Shown: positions 18,567 to 28,304 of the stretch, one piece after another
How positions within the stretch are numbered: position 1 is the stretch's first letter
Layout: the number at the start of each line of letters is the position of its first letter
Translations under genes and position numbers: made by a program
The notes under the pieces: model-generated
Database searches by the model: none
What the model saw: the letters and a program-made list of their open reading frames with translations, nothing else
What the model was told of the DNA's origin: nothing
Origin: an uncultured virus (IMG/VR IMGVR_UViG_3300043464_001377)
Lineage: Duplodnaviria > Heunggongvirae > Uroviricota > Caudoviricetes
DNA: 33,916 bases
Virus record (IMG/VR): IMGVR_UViG_3300043464_001377
Direction: 5' to 3' (one strand)

Positions 18567-19462
18567 ATCTGACTAAGTTCGCAGACGAGATCAGACGACA
18601 CGATCCGGACCTCATCCTGCCTCCCGATCTGGAGTTCGCCGATGAGTACTGGCGACGTGTGGAGATCGGCCGTCAGTGGGCCAAGCAACGGCGAGTCGCG
18701 CTCGTGGCGATCTGTCGCAATGCGATGCCGATCCTGCCTCGCACGCTATCGCTCGTGGAGAAGACAGGAGCGATGTTCGCCGACTGGCGGGCGTTCATCT
18801 TCGAGAACGACTCGACGGACGGCACGAAGGACGTCCTGAAGGCAGCGGCGGGAGGCAAACTCTCCGTGGCGACGACTGACAACGGTCGCCCGCACTTGAA
18901 CTACACCAAGTCGTCTGATCGGACGATCGCCCTGGCTGAGTACAGGAACAACTGCCGACTCTGGTGCGAGTCACAATGCCGCGACTACGACTACGCCATC
19001 GTGTTTGATACGGACGCCTGGGGCGGCTGGAGCATCGACGGCGTCGCCAACACGATCGGACACCTCGAAGACGACGAGTACAGGAATGCTTCTGGTATGG
19101 GCTCGTACTCGTGGGCGATCTGGGGGCCTCCCGTGTGGCCGCAGCCGACCGAGTGCCAGTACGACGCCTGGGCGTGCCGGTGGACGTGGTGGCAGGAGCG
19201 GCAGAACATGCTCTGGTTCCATCTCTGGCATCCGCCCGTGGGTTCTCCCCCGGTGCGGATGAACTCGTGCTTCGGGCAACTGGGTGTGTACCGCATGGGG
19301 GACTACATCTCCGGCACGTACGCCGGTGGTGACTGCGAGCATGTCGCTCACTGGAAGTCCATGGGCGGCGACTGCTATCTCAACCCGTCGCAGCGGGTGG
19401 TTTCATTTTGGGTTCCGGAGGAAAGCGTGAAAGACGAAGCATGCCACGAGGGCCAAACGTAG
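18554..19462 (+). CDS. Glycosyltransferase, CAP59/GT69-like
   Basis: FIFENDSTDGT, RTIALAEYRN, FDTD, SCFGQLGVY, CEHV. Confidence 0.7.
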   Translation: MPTVNLTKFADEIRRHDPDLILPPDLEFADEYWRRVEIGRQWAKQRRVALVAICRNAMPILPRTLSLVEKTGAMFADWRAFIFENDSTDGTKDVLKAAAGGKLSVATTDNGRPHLNYTKSSDRTIALAEYRNNCRLWCESQCRDYDYAIVFDTDAWGGWSIDGVANTIGHLEDDEYRNASGMGSYSWAIWGPPVWPQPTECQYDAWACRWTWWQERQNMLWFHLWHPPVGSPPVRMNSCFGQLGVYRMGDYISGTYAGGDCEHVAHWKSMGGDCYLNPSQRVVSFWVPEESVKDEACHEGQT

Positions 19463-19860
19463 CCGTCTGTACGGCGACGTTCTCGAAGATGTGGTTGGCA
19501 GGGACGCCGACCAGAGTGATTGCCGAGACTCTGAAAATCTCGGCAGATCGGTGCGACGCGACTCGTCGCCAGTTGGGCCTGCCGCGACGGGAGAGTTGGC
19601 ACGGCTCCAAGGCAGGGCACCGCAAGGCCTACATTCCCTCCGAGGCGGAAATCCGGCAGAAGTGCCTGGAGTTCCAGGCCGGGTGGAGCGAAGAAGAGCG
19701 AGCCCGTCGCCGCGTGGGCTGGAGCCCCGACCCGAAGCCCGTCGAGATTCGGGTCATCCCTGAGTCGATCGTGCGGGCCAACTACTCGCACCTCGCCGAA
19801 GAGAACACCCCCGGCGGATATCTCGAAGAACTCACCGATCGTGGAACTTCGGGTGATTGA
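19441..19860 (+). CDS. GcrA-like HTH protein
   Basis: MWLAGTPTRVIAETL...RRQLGLP. Confidence 0.55.
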   Translation: MPRGPNVAVCTATFSKMWLAGTPTRVIAETLKISADRCDATRRQLGLPRRESWHGSKAGHRKAYIPSEAEIRQKCLEFQAGWSEEERARRRVGWSPDPKPVEIRVIPESIVRANYSHLAEENTPGGYLEELTDRGTSGD

Positions 19861-19913
19861 AGAACTCCGTGTAGCCTGAACTCTGGCTCTGACACACGGA
19901 GGTTTTTCAAGCC

Positions 19914-20198
19914 ATGACTGAACCGAATTACGGCGCCGGTAACGTCTCGATCTGGGAAAAGATTCGCATCCTGCAAGAGTGGTCGCCAGTTGTTACCTAC
20001 GTGCAGGCTTTTCTGGCCGAGCATGACCCGCACGCCAAGTCTCTGATCGTCGCCGACGCCTGCGAGTGGCTCGCTGTGAAGTCCAAGAACACCAAGGTCG
20101 ACGACGAACTCGTCGATCACGTTACGGCGATCCTCAAGTCTCCGCAGGGCGAGGCTTTCCTGCGATGGATCGTCGCCAAAGTTGACGGGGGAAATTGA
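19914..20198 (+). CDS. Hypothetical protein
   Basis: GGAGG SD; first gene of a coupled cluster. Confidence 0.6.
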   Translation: MTEPNYGAGNVSIWEKIRILQEWSPVVTYVQAFLAEHDPHAKSLIVADACEWLAVKSKNTKVDDELVDHVTAILKSPQGEAFLRWIVAKVDGGN

Positions 20199-20473
20199 TG
20201 TTTGATGTCGAGTTTACTCTTCGCGCCGCTGCCGTCGTGGCGGCGGTTTTACTTGTGGCGTCCCCAAGCGTGGTGGGAGCAGTTCAAGCACTCCTGGCGT
20301 GGCGGCCGGTCTCGTTCAAGGTTCGGTCCTCCGGGCCTGAGCCGGAGACGACGGACGACGCCCATGTCGTGCTGGAGATTGCCCGTCGCCTCCAGAAGTC
20401 TGGCAACGTCGAGGGGGTGCGGCTGTGCAAGAGCCTCATCGACGTGCTACTCAAGCCGGAGAAGAAGCCATGA
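20198..20473 (+). CDS. Small membrane protein
   Basis: N-terminal hydrophobic helix; TGATG coupling. Confidence 0.55.
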   Translation: MFDVEFTLRAAAVVAAVLLVASPSVVGAVQALLAWRPVSFKVRSSGPEPETTDDAHVVLEIARRLQKSGNVEGVRLCKSLIDVLLKPEKKP

Positions 20474-20958
20474 AGCGAGTACGGCTGATTGCGGCCCTTC
20501 TTCTGGCTGCGTACGGCGTGTTCGGCATCCCGTCACTGCCGAAACTCAGTGTTCCGAGCCTGTCGGCGTCGGTTGTCAGGGAGCCCAGCGAGGCCATGAA
20601 AAGCACCGTCAAGCCTGTCGTCCGCGCTGTCAGCAAGATGTCCCCGATCGACCGACTCTGGCTCCAGACTATCTATAGCAACGCGGCGAAGGTCGTGGCC
20701 GCCGACGGCATCGTCGAGCCCCAGGCGATCGTCTCGACCGAGGGCCTGCGGGCGATCCATGTGGCAATCCTCAAGTTCATCTGGCGAGGTATGGCCGAGA
20801 ATCCGCCGGGCGAGTACGAGGGCCTGAGCGAGGCGATCGAGGGCGTAGTCGACGAGGTTCTCGGCGAAGACCAACGGTCGCTGACGCCTGAACTCCGGGC
20901 GAAGGCCGTCGAGGTCTTCGATGCGATTGCATGGGCTGGGCTTGGAAAGGATCAGTGA
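20470..20958 (+). CDS. Membrane-anchored or exported protein
   Basis: MKRVRLIAALLLAAYGVFG signal/anchor sequence. Confidence 0.6.
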   Translation: MKRVRLIAALLLAAYGVFGIPSLPKLSVPSLSASVVREPSEAMKSTVKPVVRAVSKMSPIDRLWLQTIYSNAAKVVAADGIVEPQAIVSTEGLRAIHVAILKFIWRGMAENPPGEYEGLSEAIEGVVDEVLGEDQRSLTPELRAKAVEVFDAIAWAGLGKDQ

Positions 20959-21929
20959 TGCCTGCTCCGTGGCGGCCCCAGGGGTACGTGCCTGATCGCG
21001 CGGCGACAGACAGGTTCGTCTCGTCGCTGAAGTACCCCACCCTGGCGGAAGCCGGGCCGAAACTCAAGAACAACGACAATCAAGACGTCGTTCTCTACCC
21101 GGCGATTCTCAAGGTCGATCCGCTCTACAAGCGTGTGGCCCAGGCAATCGGTTCGTGCGTCGGCCATGGCTGGGCCGGATGCGGGGACGCACTGGCCTCG
21201 ACGGAAATCGTCGTCCACGGCGAGGCCGAAGACTGGAAGGGCCGCATCCTCGAATCCTCGATTTACGGCGTGAGCCGGGTCGAAGCCAGAGGCAAGACCC
21301 GCGCGGGCACAGCCGACGGGTCGTTTGGCGCCGCAGCGGCGAAGGCCGTCATGCAGTGGGGCGTCCTGCACTACGGCGTGGACTACGGCGGCACGGTCTT
21401 CAAGGACTACTCTGGCATTCGCGAGAAGCAGTGGGGCGACACTGGCATGCCTGACGAACTGGAGAAGTTCGCCAAGCAACGCCGGATCAAGACCACGACC
21501 CTCGTCACAGATTTTGACTCGTATTGCAAAGCCATATCCAGCGGGTTCCCGGTCGCCATTTGTTCGGGCCAGGGCTTCACGATGTCCCGCTCGAAGGGAA
21601 AGACCGACGACGACATCGTCAATCGGGGCTTCGCCACACCTCGCGGCGAGTGGCTTCATTGCATGGCCGGGATCGGTAAGCGTGGCGGCAAGCGGCCGGG
21701 AGGGCTGATCTGGAACTCATGGGGAAGCAAGGCCCACACCGGGCCGCACTACTCTGGGATTCCTGACCGTCCTGACGACATACCCGCCGAGTTTCGAGGC
21801 TCGACGTTCTGGGTCGACGCTGAAGTCTTGGACAAGATGCTCAAGTCTTGGCAAGACTCGTTCGCCCTCTCGTCCTACGACGGCTTCCCGCCCCGGAAAC
21901 TCCCCTCGTGGACGGGAGGCATCCTGTGA
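20958..21929 (+). CDS. Papain-like (C1) cysteine peptidase
   Basis: QAIGSCVGH (Gln/Cys), WLHCM (His), IWNSWG (Asn). Confidence 0.82.
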   Translation: MPAPWRPQGYVPDRAATDRFVSSLKYPTLAEAGPKLKNNDNQDVVLYPAILKVDPLYKRVAQAIGSCVGHGWAGCGDALASTEIVVHGEAEDWKGRILESSIYGVSRVEARGKTRAGTADGSFGAAAAKAVMQWGVLHYGVDYGGTVFKDYSGIREKQWGDTGMPDELEKFAKQRRIKTTTLVTDFDSYCKAISSGFPVAICSGQGFTMSRSKGKTDDDIVNRGFATPRGEWLHCMAGIGKRGGKRPGGLIWNSWGSKAHTGPHYSGIPDRPDDIPAEFRGSTFWVDAEVLDKMLKSWQDSFALSSYDGFPPRKLPSWTGGIL

Positions 21930-22216
21930 CAAAGAAGGCCCTGCTTGCCGTGCTTGTGCTGGCCGGGTGCCAGCCTGAGCCAAGACTCACGCCGCAGCAG
22001 ATCGAACTGCTCGGCGAGTGCTTCTCCTGCGCGGCCTACGAGGTCATCAAGGCCGAGTCCCTCACTCCGGCCCCGCAGCCGCCGCAGAAGTGCTGCGGGA
22101 AGTGCAAGGGCGGGCTCGTGAAGTCCGGAGACGGCCTGGCGTGGGTGTCGTGCCCGTGCGACGACTCCTGCCCGTGCAAGACGAACTCCCTCATTCCCCC
22201 CAAGACCCTGCCGTGA
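21926..22216 (+). CDS. Lipoprotein with Cys-rich C-terminus
   Basis: Lipobox LAGC; CCGKC...CPCDDSCPC. Confidence 0.6.
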   Translation: MTKKALLAVLVLAGCQPEPRLTPQQIELLGECFSCAAYEVIKAESLTPAPQPPQKCCGKCKGGLVKSGDGLAWVSCPCDDSCPCKTNSLIPPKTLP

Positions 22217-22563
22217 ACCAGCAAGAACTCCGCGATCAACTGTGGCGGGAACTGCCGGTCCTGCGGCGAAACATCATCGGCCGCGAGAAGGTCGACGACA
22301 TAATCACGATCGCCATCGAGCAGTGCCCGCTGGAGTTCTTCCAGCATATCTCGCAGGGCTCGAACGAGCAGGACGTGGCCCTGGCGGCCTGGGGGCAGTC
22401 CGTGAAGCGTGGCTACGGCGAAGAGGCCCAGTTCGGCCCGCTGTTCTGGATTCTGGTGAGCCCCTTGATTCAGTACTTGCTCAAGCGGCTCTTGGAGTGG
22501 TGGTTCGAGTCGCGGGCCAATCGCGTGAAGATGGCCGGATGGAGGAGGGAGTTGACGAAATGA
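22213..22563 (+). CDS. Hypothetical membrane protein
   Basis: GTGA coupling; hydrophobic segment FGPLFWILVSPLIQYLL. Confidence 0.55.
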   Translation: MNQQELRDQLWRELPVLRRNIIGREKVDDIITIAIEQCPLEFFQHISQGSNEQDVALAAWGQSVKRGYGEEAQFGPLFWILVSPLIQYLLKRLLEWWFESRANRVKMAGWRRELTK

Positions 22564-22874
22564 CCGATGCGACCAAGCAGACGATCGTCGACACGGCGAT
22601 CAAAGTGGCCGGAGACTTCGGCGTCCCCGTAGTCATCCTGGCGGCGTTCATCTGGATGGCCCGCGAGGCGGCCACGACGCTTCATGGCACCGTCGTCGTG
22701 CCCATCGTGGCGTCGCACACGGAGTTCCTCGAATCGACTCGGGACACGCTGCACGAGATCGGAAGAACCCAGGCCCAGCAGGCCGAGACGCTCAAAGAAA
22801 TGGCTATTTCGCAGATCGAGATCAAGCAGGCCGTACTTCGGTCTGGGACGAAGCCAACTTTAGGCAATGACTGA
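22560..22874 (+). CDS. Holin-like single-TM protein with coiled coil
   Basis: FGVPVVILAAFIW followed by a heptad-like tail. Confidence 0.5.
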   Translation: MTDATKQTIVDTAIKVAGDFGVPVVILAAFIWMAREAATTLHGTVVVPIVASHTEFLESTRDTLHEIGRTQAQQAETLKEMAISQIEIKQAVLRSGTKPTLGND

Positions 22875-22932
22875 AGTTTGGATACAGTAAATGTGCCACG
22901 AGTTGGGCATGACCCACGCAAGGAGGTGACAA

Positions 22933-23283
22933 GTGGAACAGAAGATTCGCAGGAAGTACAAGACTTTCCCTATCGCGCTCTCGACCTCAACGGCGGCAGC
23001 GACGACGATCCGGTGGGACGATGTGGCCGGTGGCTGCATTGAGTTAGGAGCCGGGACGGCCGCGACATCGCTGCAAGTCTGGGCAAGCGACACTGACAGC
23101 GGGACGTTCGGCCGTCTATACGACTCGACTGGCGCTGCGGCCGACATCAAGTTGGCTCAGTCGTCGACCGAGGCCCGCGTCTACTCGCTCCCAGATGCCT
23201 GCTACGGAGCCGGGGCGATCAAGATCGTGGCTGGTCAAGAAGCAGCCACGGCGATCACCGCCAGCGTGATGCTCAAGACTTGA
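22933..23283 (+). CDS. Small virion-type beta protein
   Basis: AAGGAGG SD before GTG; Ala/Thr/Ser rich. Confidence 0.6.
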   Translation: MEQKIRRKYKTFPIALSTSTAAATTIRWDDVAGGCIELGAGTAATSLQVWASDTDSGTFGRLYDSTGAAADIKLAQSSTEARVYSLPDACYGAGAIKIVAGQEAATAITASVMLKT

Positions 23284-23303
23284 CGTCGGCGAGGAATTGC
23301 AGC

Positions 23304-23588
23304 ATGCCCAGGTACTTCCGCGCGACTCCCGAAGTCTACGCCACGATCTGTGCGCAACTGGACGCGGCATACGGTTACCCGCGACCCGAGACGCTGACTG
23401 ATCGCACGCTTCCGGAGGCTGGCTCGCTGCCTGTTGACGAGATCGGCCGGGTGTATCTCGCCGTGTCGGCGGCTTACTGCGACTACGTCTTGCCGTCGCA
23501 ACTGCTGCCAGAATTGCTCCTCACTGGCGCGGTGGAGGAGATCACCGCAGAAGACTATGCCGCCTTTCTTCCTGGGGATATTGAATGA
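23304..23588 (+). CDS. Hypothetical protein
   Basis: Operon position; overlaps next start. Confidence 0.55.
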   Translation: MPRYFRATPEVYATICAQLDAAYGYPRPETLTDRTLPEAGSLPVDEIGRVYLAVSAAYCDYVLPSQLLPELLLTGAVEEITAEDYAAFLPGDIE

Positions 23589-26194
23589 TGGCGATGTCGC
23601 CCATCATCATGCGTCCGCTCGCTCGCAGTCCGCTGCCGAAGCGGATTGGCGGCCTGGGGCTGTGGCTTGACGCAAACAACGGAGCGAGTTTGACGCTCAA
23701 CGGAGACGGCGTAAGTGAGTGGCGAGACCTCTCCGGTCGCGGGCGGCATTTTGTCCAGGCTACTGCCGCAAGCCAGCCAAATGCCGTGAGCCGCACCTAC
23801 AACGGGCTGCGAGTGATTGACTTCGATGGTACTCAGTTTTTGGAGGGCAACTCGGCGACGCTGAATCTCGCCCGCAACGTGCCGGGGCTCACGATCCTGA
23901 TGGTCGCCAAGGCGGACTCGTACGGAGGTGCCGAAGTCCACCGGTTTTACAACTGGAAGTGCGGCGGCAACGACTTGTCGCGGGCCTCGCTGTTTGTTCA
24001 GGGGTTCGCATCGTCGGCTGAAATCTGGCTCCGCAGCCGCCGGCTCGACAGCGAGACGTTTTACGACGCCGAGTATGAAGCAGGCCTCGACGCGATCAAC
24101 GCCAGCGTGTACACAGGCGTGATCAACTTCCAGGCTGCGGAGAGCCACCTGTATGTCGGCGGCTCACTGGTGGCGAGCAACCTGACCATGGGCACGCCCG
24201 GCCTTTCGTCCGACACCGACAGCCAGGACGCCTCGCTGGGCGCAAGGCTTGCCGACGGCGCGAGCGCGTGGGTGCAGCACCTCGACGGCTTTATTGCGGA
24301 GATGCTCGTCTACCAGCGAGTGCTGTCAGACCTAGAGCGGTCGCGTCTGGAGCAGTACTTGATCGACAAGTGGAATCCGCAGCCTGAGCCATTCTCTCCC
24401 GGCTCCCTCCCCGGCCTCGTCGGATGGTATGACTTCTCGGACGCATCGACACTGACGGTTGTCGATGGCGAGATCACGGCTGTCGCGAACAAAGGAACCG
24501 GAGAGCCGACAGCGACGGCGTTTGAGGCCCTGGAGCCAGCATTCGTCGCCTCCGCACAGAACGGCCGCAGTGCCGCCCGGTTTCCCCAAAACGACGTTGG
24601 CATCGCCACCGGCCTGTCGGTGGAGGTTCCGTACACAATCTTCCTTGCCGCTCGCCAGGGAGACGACGGCGATATTCGCCTGCTGTCCAGCGAAACCGAT
24701 CCCAATCTCATTTCGATTCGCAGAACAAACGACAACGTCGTTTACCTAAACGGCCAGTCAATCACGGACGATAAGTTTAGTGCCTCGCACTGGCCGACCT
24801 GCGTGACGCTGGAGGTTAGTTCTTTAGAGGCCATGGTGCGATACAACGGCACGGATATCGCATCAACTGCTACTGTGGGCGACTGGGGCGACCTCCTCAT
24901 CGGCAACGGGAACGACTACGAGTCGGGAAACGGCGACATATACGAGGTGCTGGTCTACGAGGGCATCCTCGCGCAACGCGAGAGGGTCGAGCAGTATCTG
25001 ATGCAGAAGTGGGACATCCGACCGGTGCCGTCTCCGAAGATCACGGCTACCACCAGCCTGCCCTTCGCGTCCGCGTGGGCTTCCATCGACACGGACACAG
25101 AGTGGTATGCCGTCAAGGTTGGCGACGAATCGCCGGTCTTGTTTTCTGCCGGGCAAGAGGCATGGAACGAGACGGCCGCAGGGAGCCAGCAGCAGTCCTC
25201 GCAGCAACTGGTCGCCAGCGATAGGGGGGCCGCTCGGCTAGATCACTCGCACGCCAAGTTCGGGAACACAAGCCTGCTGCTCGCAGGGGGGCACCTACAA
25301 TTGCAGGCGGGCGTCATCGACCTGTCGGCAGGAGATTGGACGATAGAGTGCTGGTTTCGGCCAGAGACTGAAGACCAGCCCGCAATGTGGCCGTCTGTCG
25401 TTAGTTTCGGGGACGGCTGGGTGCCAGGCGCGTGGTCGCTGCGGTACGATGATGACTCTGGGGCAGCGGGCGCATTCTCGGTGGTGGCCCATGACGAGGG
25501 CGCTCATTTGACGGCTGGCACCCCGTCGCCGTCTGGGCAGTGGCACCATGTCGCAGTAGTGCGAGACGGTGACGATGACAGGCTGTATGTCAACGGAGTG
25601 CTGGAGGCCACGCATACCCGAAACTTCACTGGGGAGCCAGGGGACTACATCTTACGCATCGGCGGCGGCTGGGACGGCGATAGCGCCGACTTGCTCGGCC
25701 ACATCGACGGACTTCGTATTGTCTCGGGCAGTGCCATCTACACCGGACCTTCATTCACCGTTCCGGCGGCAGCGCCGACGGCGATCAGTGGCACAGTGCT
25801 GTTGATGAACTTCGACGCGCCCGCCACTCCATCGCCCCGCGTGATTGAGATTTATCCGTGCGACGCCGAAGGCAACGCGGTCGGTCAGTTCACGGGAGTC
25901 GCGCTGTCTGGCAACGCGATCACGTCGCTGCGTGCGGAGGGCGTGTCCCTCGCGGCTACGGAGCCGGGCTACGTCTACCAATCCGGCTACGGCTCAGTGT
26001 ACTCCTCCGGCTCGGCAGCGGAGTGCGACCTGACTGGAAATCTACTGTCGGCGCAGGGGCTAAACACAGTGTACACGGACCTGCTGGGTGGATCGGGGTC
26101 GCTGTTCGTCACTGGCAATCCCGGCATCGACGCCGACGATCCGACGATTGCGACGGCGAAGGGGTATACGGTCTTTGGGTCGGAGGCGCCGTGA
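23585..26194 (+). CDS. Multi-LamG/ConA lectin-domain virion or tail protein
   Basis: LWLDA..VSEWRDLSG, G.IAE.LVY..L...EQYL..KW repeated twice; third domain DWTIECWF, WHHVAVVR, GHIDGLRI. Confidence 0.8.
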   Translation: MMAMSPIIMRPLARSPLPKRIGGLGLWLDANNGASLTLNGDGVSEWRDLSGRGRHFVQATAASQPNAVSRTYNGLRVIDFDGTQFLEGNSATLNLARNVPGLTILMVAKADSYGGAEVHRFYNWKCGGNDLSRASLFVQGFASSAEIWLRSRRLDSETFYDAEYEAGLDAINASVYTGVINFQAAESHLYVGGSLVASNLTMGTPGLSSDTDSQDASLGARLADGASAWVQHLDGFIAEMLVYQRVLSDLERSRLEQYLIDKWNPQPEPFSPGSLPGLVGWYDFSDASTLTVVDGEITAVANKGTGEPTATAFEALEPAFVASAQNGRSAARFPQNDVGIATGLSVEVPYTIFLAARQGDDGDIRLLSSETDPNLISIRRTNDNVVYLNGQSITDDKFSASHWPTCVTLEVSSLEAMVRYNGTDIASTATVGDWGDLLIGNGNDYESGNGDIYEVLVYEGILAQRERVEQYLMQKWDIRPVPSPKITATTSLPFASAWASIDTDTEWYAVKVGDESPVLFSAGQEAWNETAAGSQQQSSQQLVASDRGAARLDHSHAKFGNTSLLLAGGHLQLQAGVIDLSAGDWTIECWFRPETEDQPAMWPSVVSFGDGWVPGAWSLRYDDDSGAAGAFSVVAHDEGAHLTAGTPSPSGQWHHVAVVRDGDDDRLYVNGVLEATHTRNFTGEPGDYILRIGGGWDGDSADLLGHIDGLRIVSGSAIYTGPSFTVPAAAPTAISGTVLLMNFDAPATPSPRVIEIYPCDAEGNAVGQFTGVALSGNAITSLRAEGVSLAATEPGYVYQSGYGSVYSSGSAAECDLTGNLLSAQGLNTVYTDLLGGSGSLFVTGNPGIDADDPTIATAKGYTVFGSEAP

Positions 26195-26853
26195 CCTACT
26201 TCAGCACTCCACGCCACCGAGTGGCGATCAACGCAAAGGTCGGCTCGTCCTCGCTGGCGAGGGCCATTATCAAGCAGTTCTATCCAAAGCAGAATAGGCT
26301 GATCCGCACGGCCGCGTTTCCGCCCGGCGTGGACGAGACGAAGCGGCAATGGCACCGAATGTGTCCTCGCACGGGGAAGACTCGCAAGCCGGTGCTGCTC
26401 CTGGTGCGTGACCCGTTGTCGCGTTTTCTCTCGGCCATGCAACAGGTCGGACTCAAAAGCAAGGACGTTGAGGCGGCAATAGACTCGCTGGAAAACGACA
26501 CAGCAGTGCCGTCGTTGCGCAACCGAAAGAGGCGGCGGCGGCCAAGCCGGAAGGATCGGCGTATCGGCCGCCTGCGAGACGACGTGCATTTCGCCCACCA
26601 GCACACGCTCGCCAACGGGCCGACCAAGTGCTACCGATTCCCTGACCACTTAGAGCAGGCGGCTGCGGAGATTGGGCTGACGGGCAGGCTGCCAAGGGCC
26701 AACGAGGCCAAGAGAGAGAAGCCGACGCTGACTCCCGAGCAGGAGGCAAGAGTTCGCGCGTACTACGCGGCCGATCAGTCTCTGTTTGCGTCGATCACGC
26801 AGGCGGGGCATGTGTACACGCCGGCGCTGCCGGTGGAGCCAGCCGAAGCCTAA
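26191..26853 (+). CDS. Sulfotransferase-family (Sulfotransfer_2-like) protein
   Basis: AKVGSSSL (5'-PSB-like), VRDPLSRFLS (3'-PB-like), DVHF.HQ, YYAAD. Confidence 0.7.
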   Translation: MTYFSTPRHRVAINAKVGSSSLARAIIKQFYPKQNRLIRTAAFPPGVDETKRQWHRMCPRTGKTRKPVLLLVRDPLSRFLSAMQQVGLKSKDVEAAIDSLENDTAVPSLRNRKRRRRPSRKDRRIGRLRDDVHFAHQHTLANGPTKCYRFPDHLEQAAAEIGLTGRLPRANEAKREKPTLTPEQEARVRAYYAADQSLFASITQAGHVYTPALPVEPAEA

Positions 26854-26903
26854 AACCAGGCGGCAACTTTAGTCCTGCTCGCCTGCACTGGTAGCCTGGA
26901 GCC

Positions 26904-27215
26904 ATGGCTACTTTCAAGCAACTTCCGGCAGTGATGAACCTCGCGTTCAAGGCCGGTGACGCCGTGTCGCCGACGGTCGACTTCGACACGTCCCTGACAG
27001 GCCTGACAGTCTCGGCCCAGGTGTACTCGCTGGTTGACCGGAGAAAGATTTACGACATTCCGGTTGTGGTCTCGAACGCCACGAGCGGCGTGGTCACGAT
27101 GTCAATTTCTTCTTCGCTCACGACGCAGACTCCTGCTGGCTCGTACGGTTGGCAGATGCAGTGGAGCAGCCCACTGCGAACTGTCATGGCTGGCACGGTC
27201 GATGTGATTGGGTAG
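26904..27215 (+). CDS. Small baseplate/tail (BppU-like) protein
   Basis: GD....DF...LTG, SGVVTMS, G.Y.W.MQ, GTV.V pattern. Confidence 0.5.
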   Translation: MATFKQLPAVMNLAFKAGDAVSPTVDFDTSLTGLTVSAQVYSLVDRRKIYDIPVVVSNATSGVVTMSISSSLTTQTPAGSYGWQMQWSSPLRTVMAGTVDVIG

Positions 27216-27218
27216 CAA

Positions 27219-28304
27219 ATGCCAGTCTTCGTCTCGCCCGGCCAGATTTCCGCTTCCGTCTCCGGCAACTCGATCACGGCGAGCGTGTCTGGCGGCAGCG
27301 GCGTGGCTGTGTCCCAGTCCGCAAGCCAGCCCGTGTCGTTTCCGCAGGGAATCCAGACGCCAGCCCCCGTCCAGAGCGTCAACGGCCAGATCGGCAACGT
27401 CGTCATTCCTGTGGCAACCTGGGTGCCTCATAAGCCACCAGGCGTCGCCTGGCTGTCAAGCGTGCTGGACTCTGGCTCGTTCTCTCTTTCGGCTCGCTCG
27501 TCGACAGGGTATGCGGCCGTGCAGTGGTGGGACGGATCGGTGCAGGCGTACGGCGCGGGATCGCCAGGGCAATACATCGCTGCTTCAAAGGCTGTCCTAG
27601 CGTCGGGCTATTGGGCCAAGTCGACCATCAAGCAAGTATTCGTCTGGTCTTGTGCATCTGCCGCGAACGCATCGCAGTCTGGCTCACTTACGGGGCTCTC
27701 CTGCTCTTCAAAGAAAGTCTTTGCTCTCTCGATCGACGGCTGCTCGTCGCTGCTCGAAGTCTCGTGTGACTCGAATCAACTCACGAGCCTGAACCTCACT
27801 GGCTGCACGGCACTCCAGACGATCTCGTGCCACCTAAATAGCCTGACGAGCCTCGACGTCAGCGACGCCACGCCCCTCACGAGCCTGTACTGCCAGGGCA
27901 ACTCCCTGCGAGGCCTGGACGTGACGAGAAACACAGCCCTGCAAGTCCTGTCATGCAGCACAAATCTCCTCGCGGCCCTTGACCTCTCGCAGAACTCGGC
28001 CCTGGTTGGCCTGTACTGCTTTGGCAACCAACTAACAACGCTAGACATTCGCAACAAGCCTGCCCTGCGAGACGTGATCGCATCGAGCAACTCCATTTCG
28101 CTCGTGCGGGCAGCGGGAGTCGCCGCGTCTGGCGTGGCGGGCATGAACGTCGCGTCAAATCAACTCAACGCCGCGTCTCTGAACTCGCTATACACCGACC
28201 TCGCGTCAGTCCAGTCAGGCGTGATCTATGTCTCGGGCAACCCCGGCGTGGCTGGAGACAATCCGGCGATCGCCACCGCGAAGGGATACACGGTCAATGG
28301 CTGA
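27219..28304 (+). CDS. Leucine-rich-repeat virion-associated protein
   Basis: About 6 tandem 21-aa LxxLxCxxNxLTxLD(V/L) repeats; VQSVNGQIGNV tail-fibre-like motif. Confidence 0.8.
   Translation: MPVFVSPGQISASVSGNSITASVSGGSGVAVSQSASQPVSFPQGIQTPAPVQSVNGQIGNVVIPVATWVPHKPPGVAWLSSVLDSGSFSLSARSSTGYAAVQWWDGSVQAYGAGSPGQYIAASKAVLASGYWAKSTIKQVFVWSCASAANASQSGSLTGLSCSSKKVFALSIDGCSSLLEVSCDSNQLTSLNLTGCTALQTISCHLNSLTSLDVSDATPLTSLYCQGNSLRGLDVTRNTALQVLSCSTNLLAALDLSQNSALVGLYCFGNQLTTLDIRNKPALRDVIASSNSISLVRAAGVAASGVAGMNVASNQLNAASLNSLYTDLASVQSGVIYVSGNPGVAGDNPAIATAKGYTVNG

Noticed and set aside
22870..22888. LexA SOS-box-like ACTG-N11-CAGT
   Set aside because: Spacing is one base off the CTG-N10-CAG consensus and it is a single occurrence.
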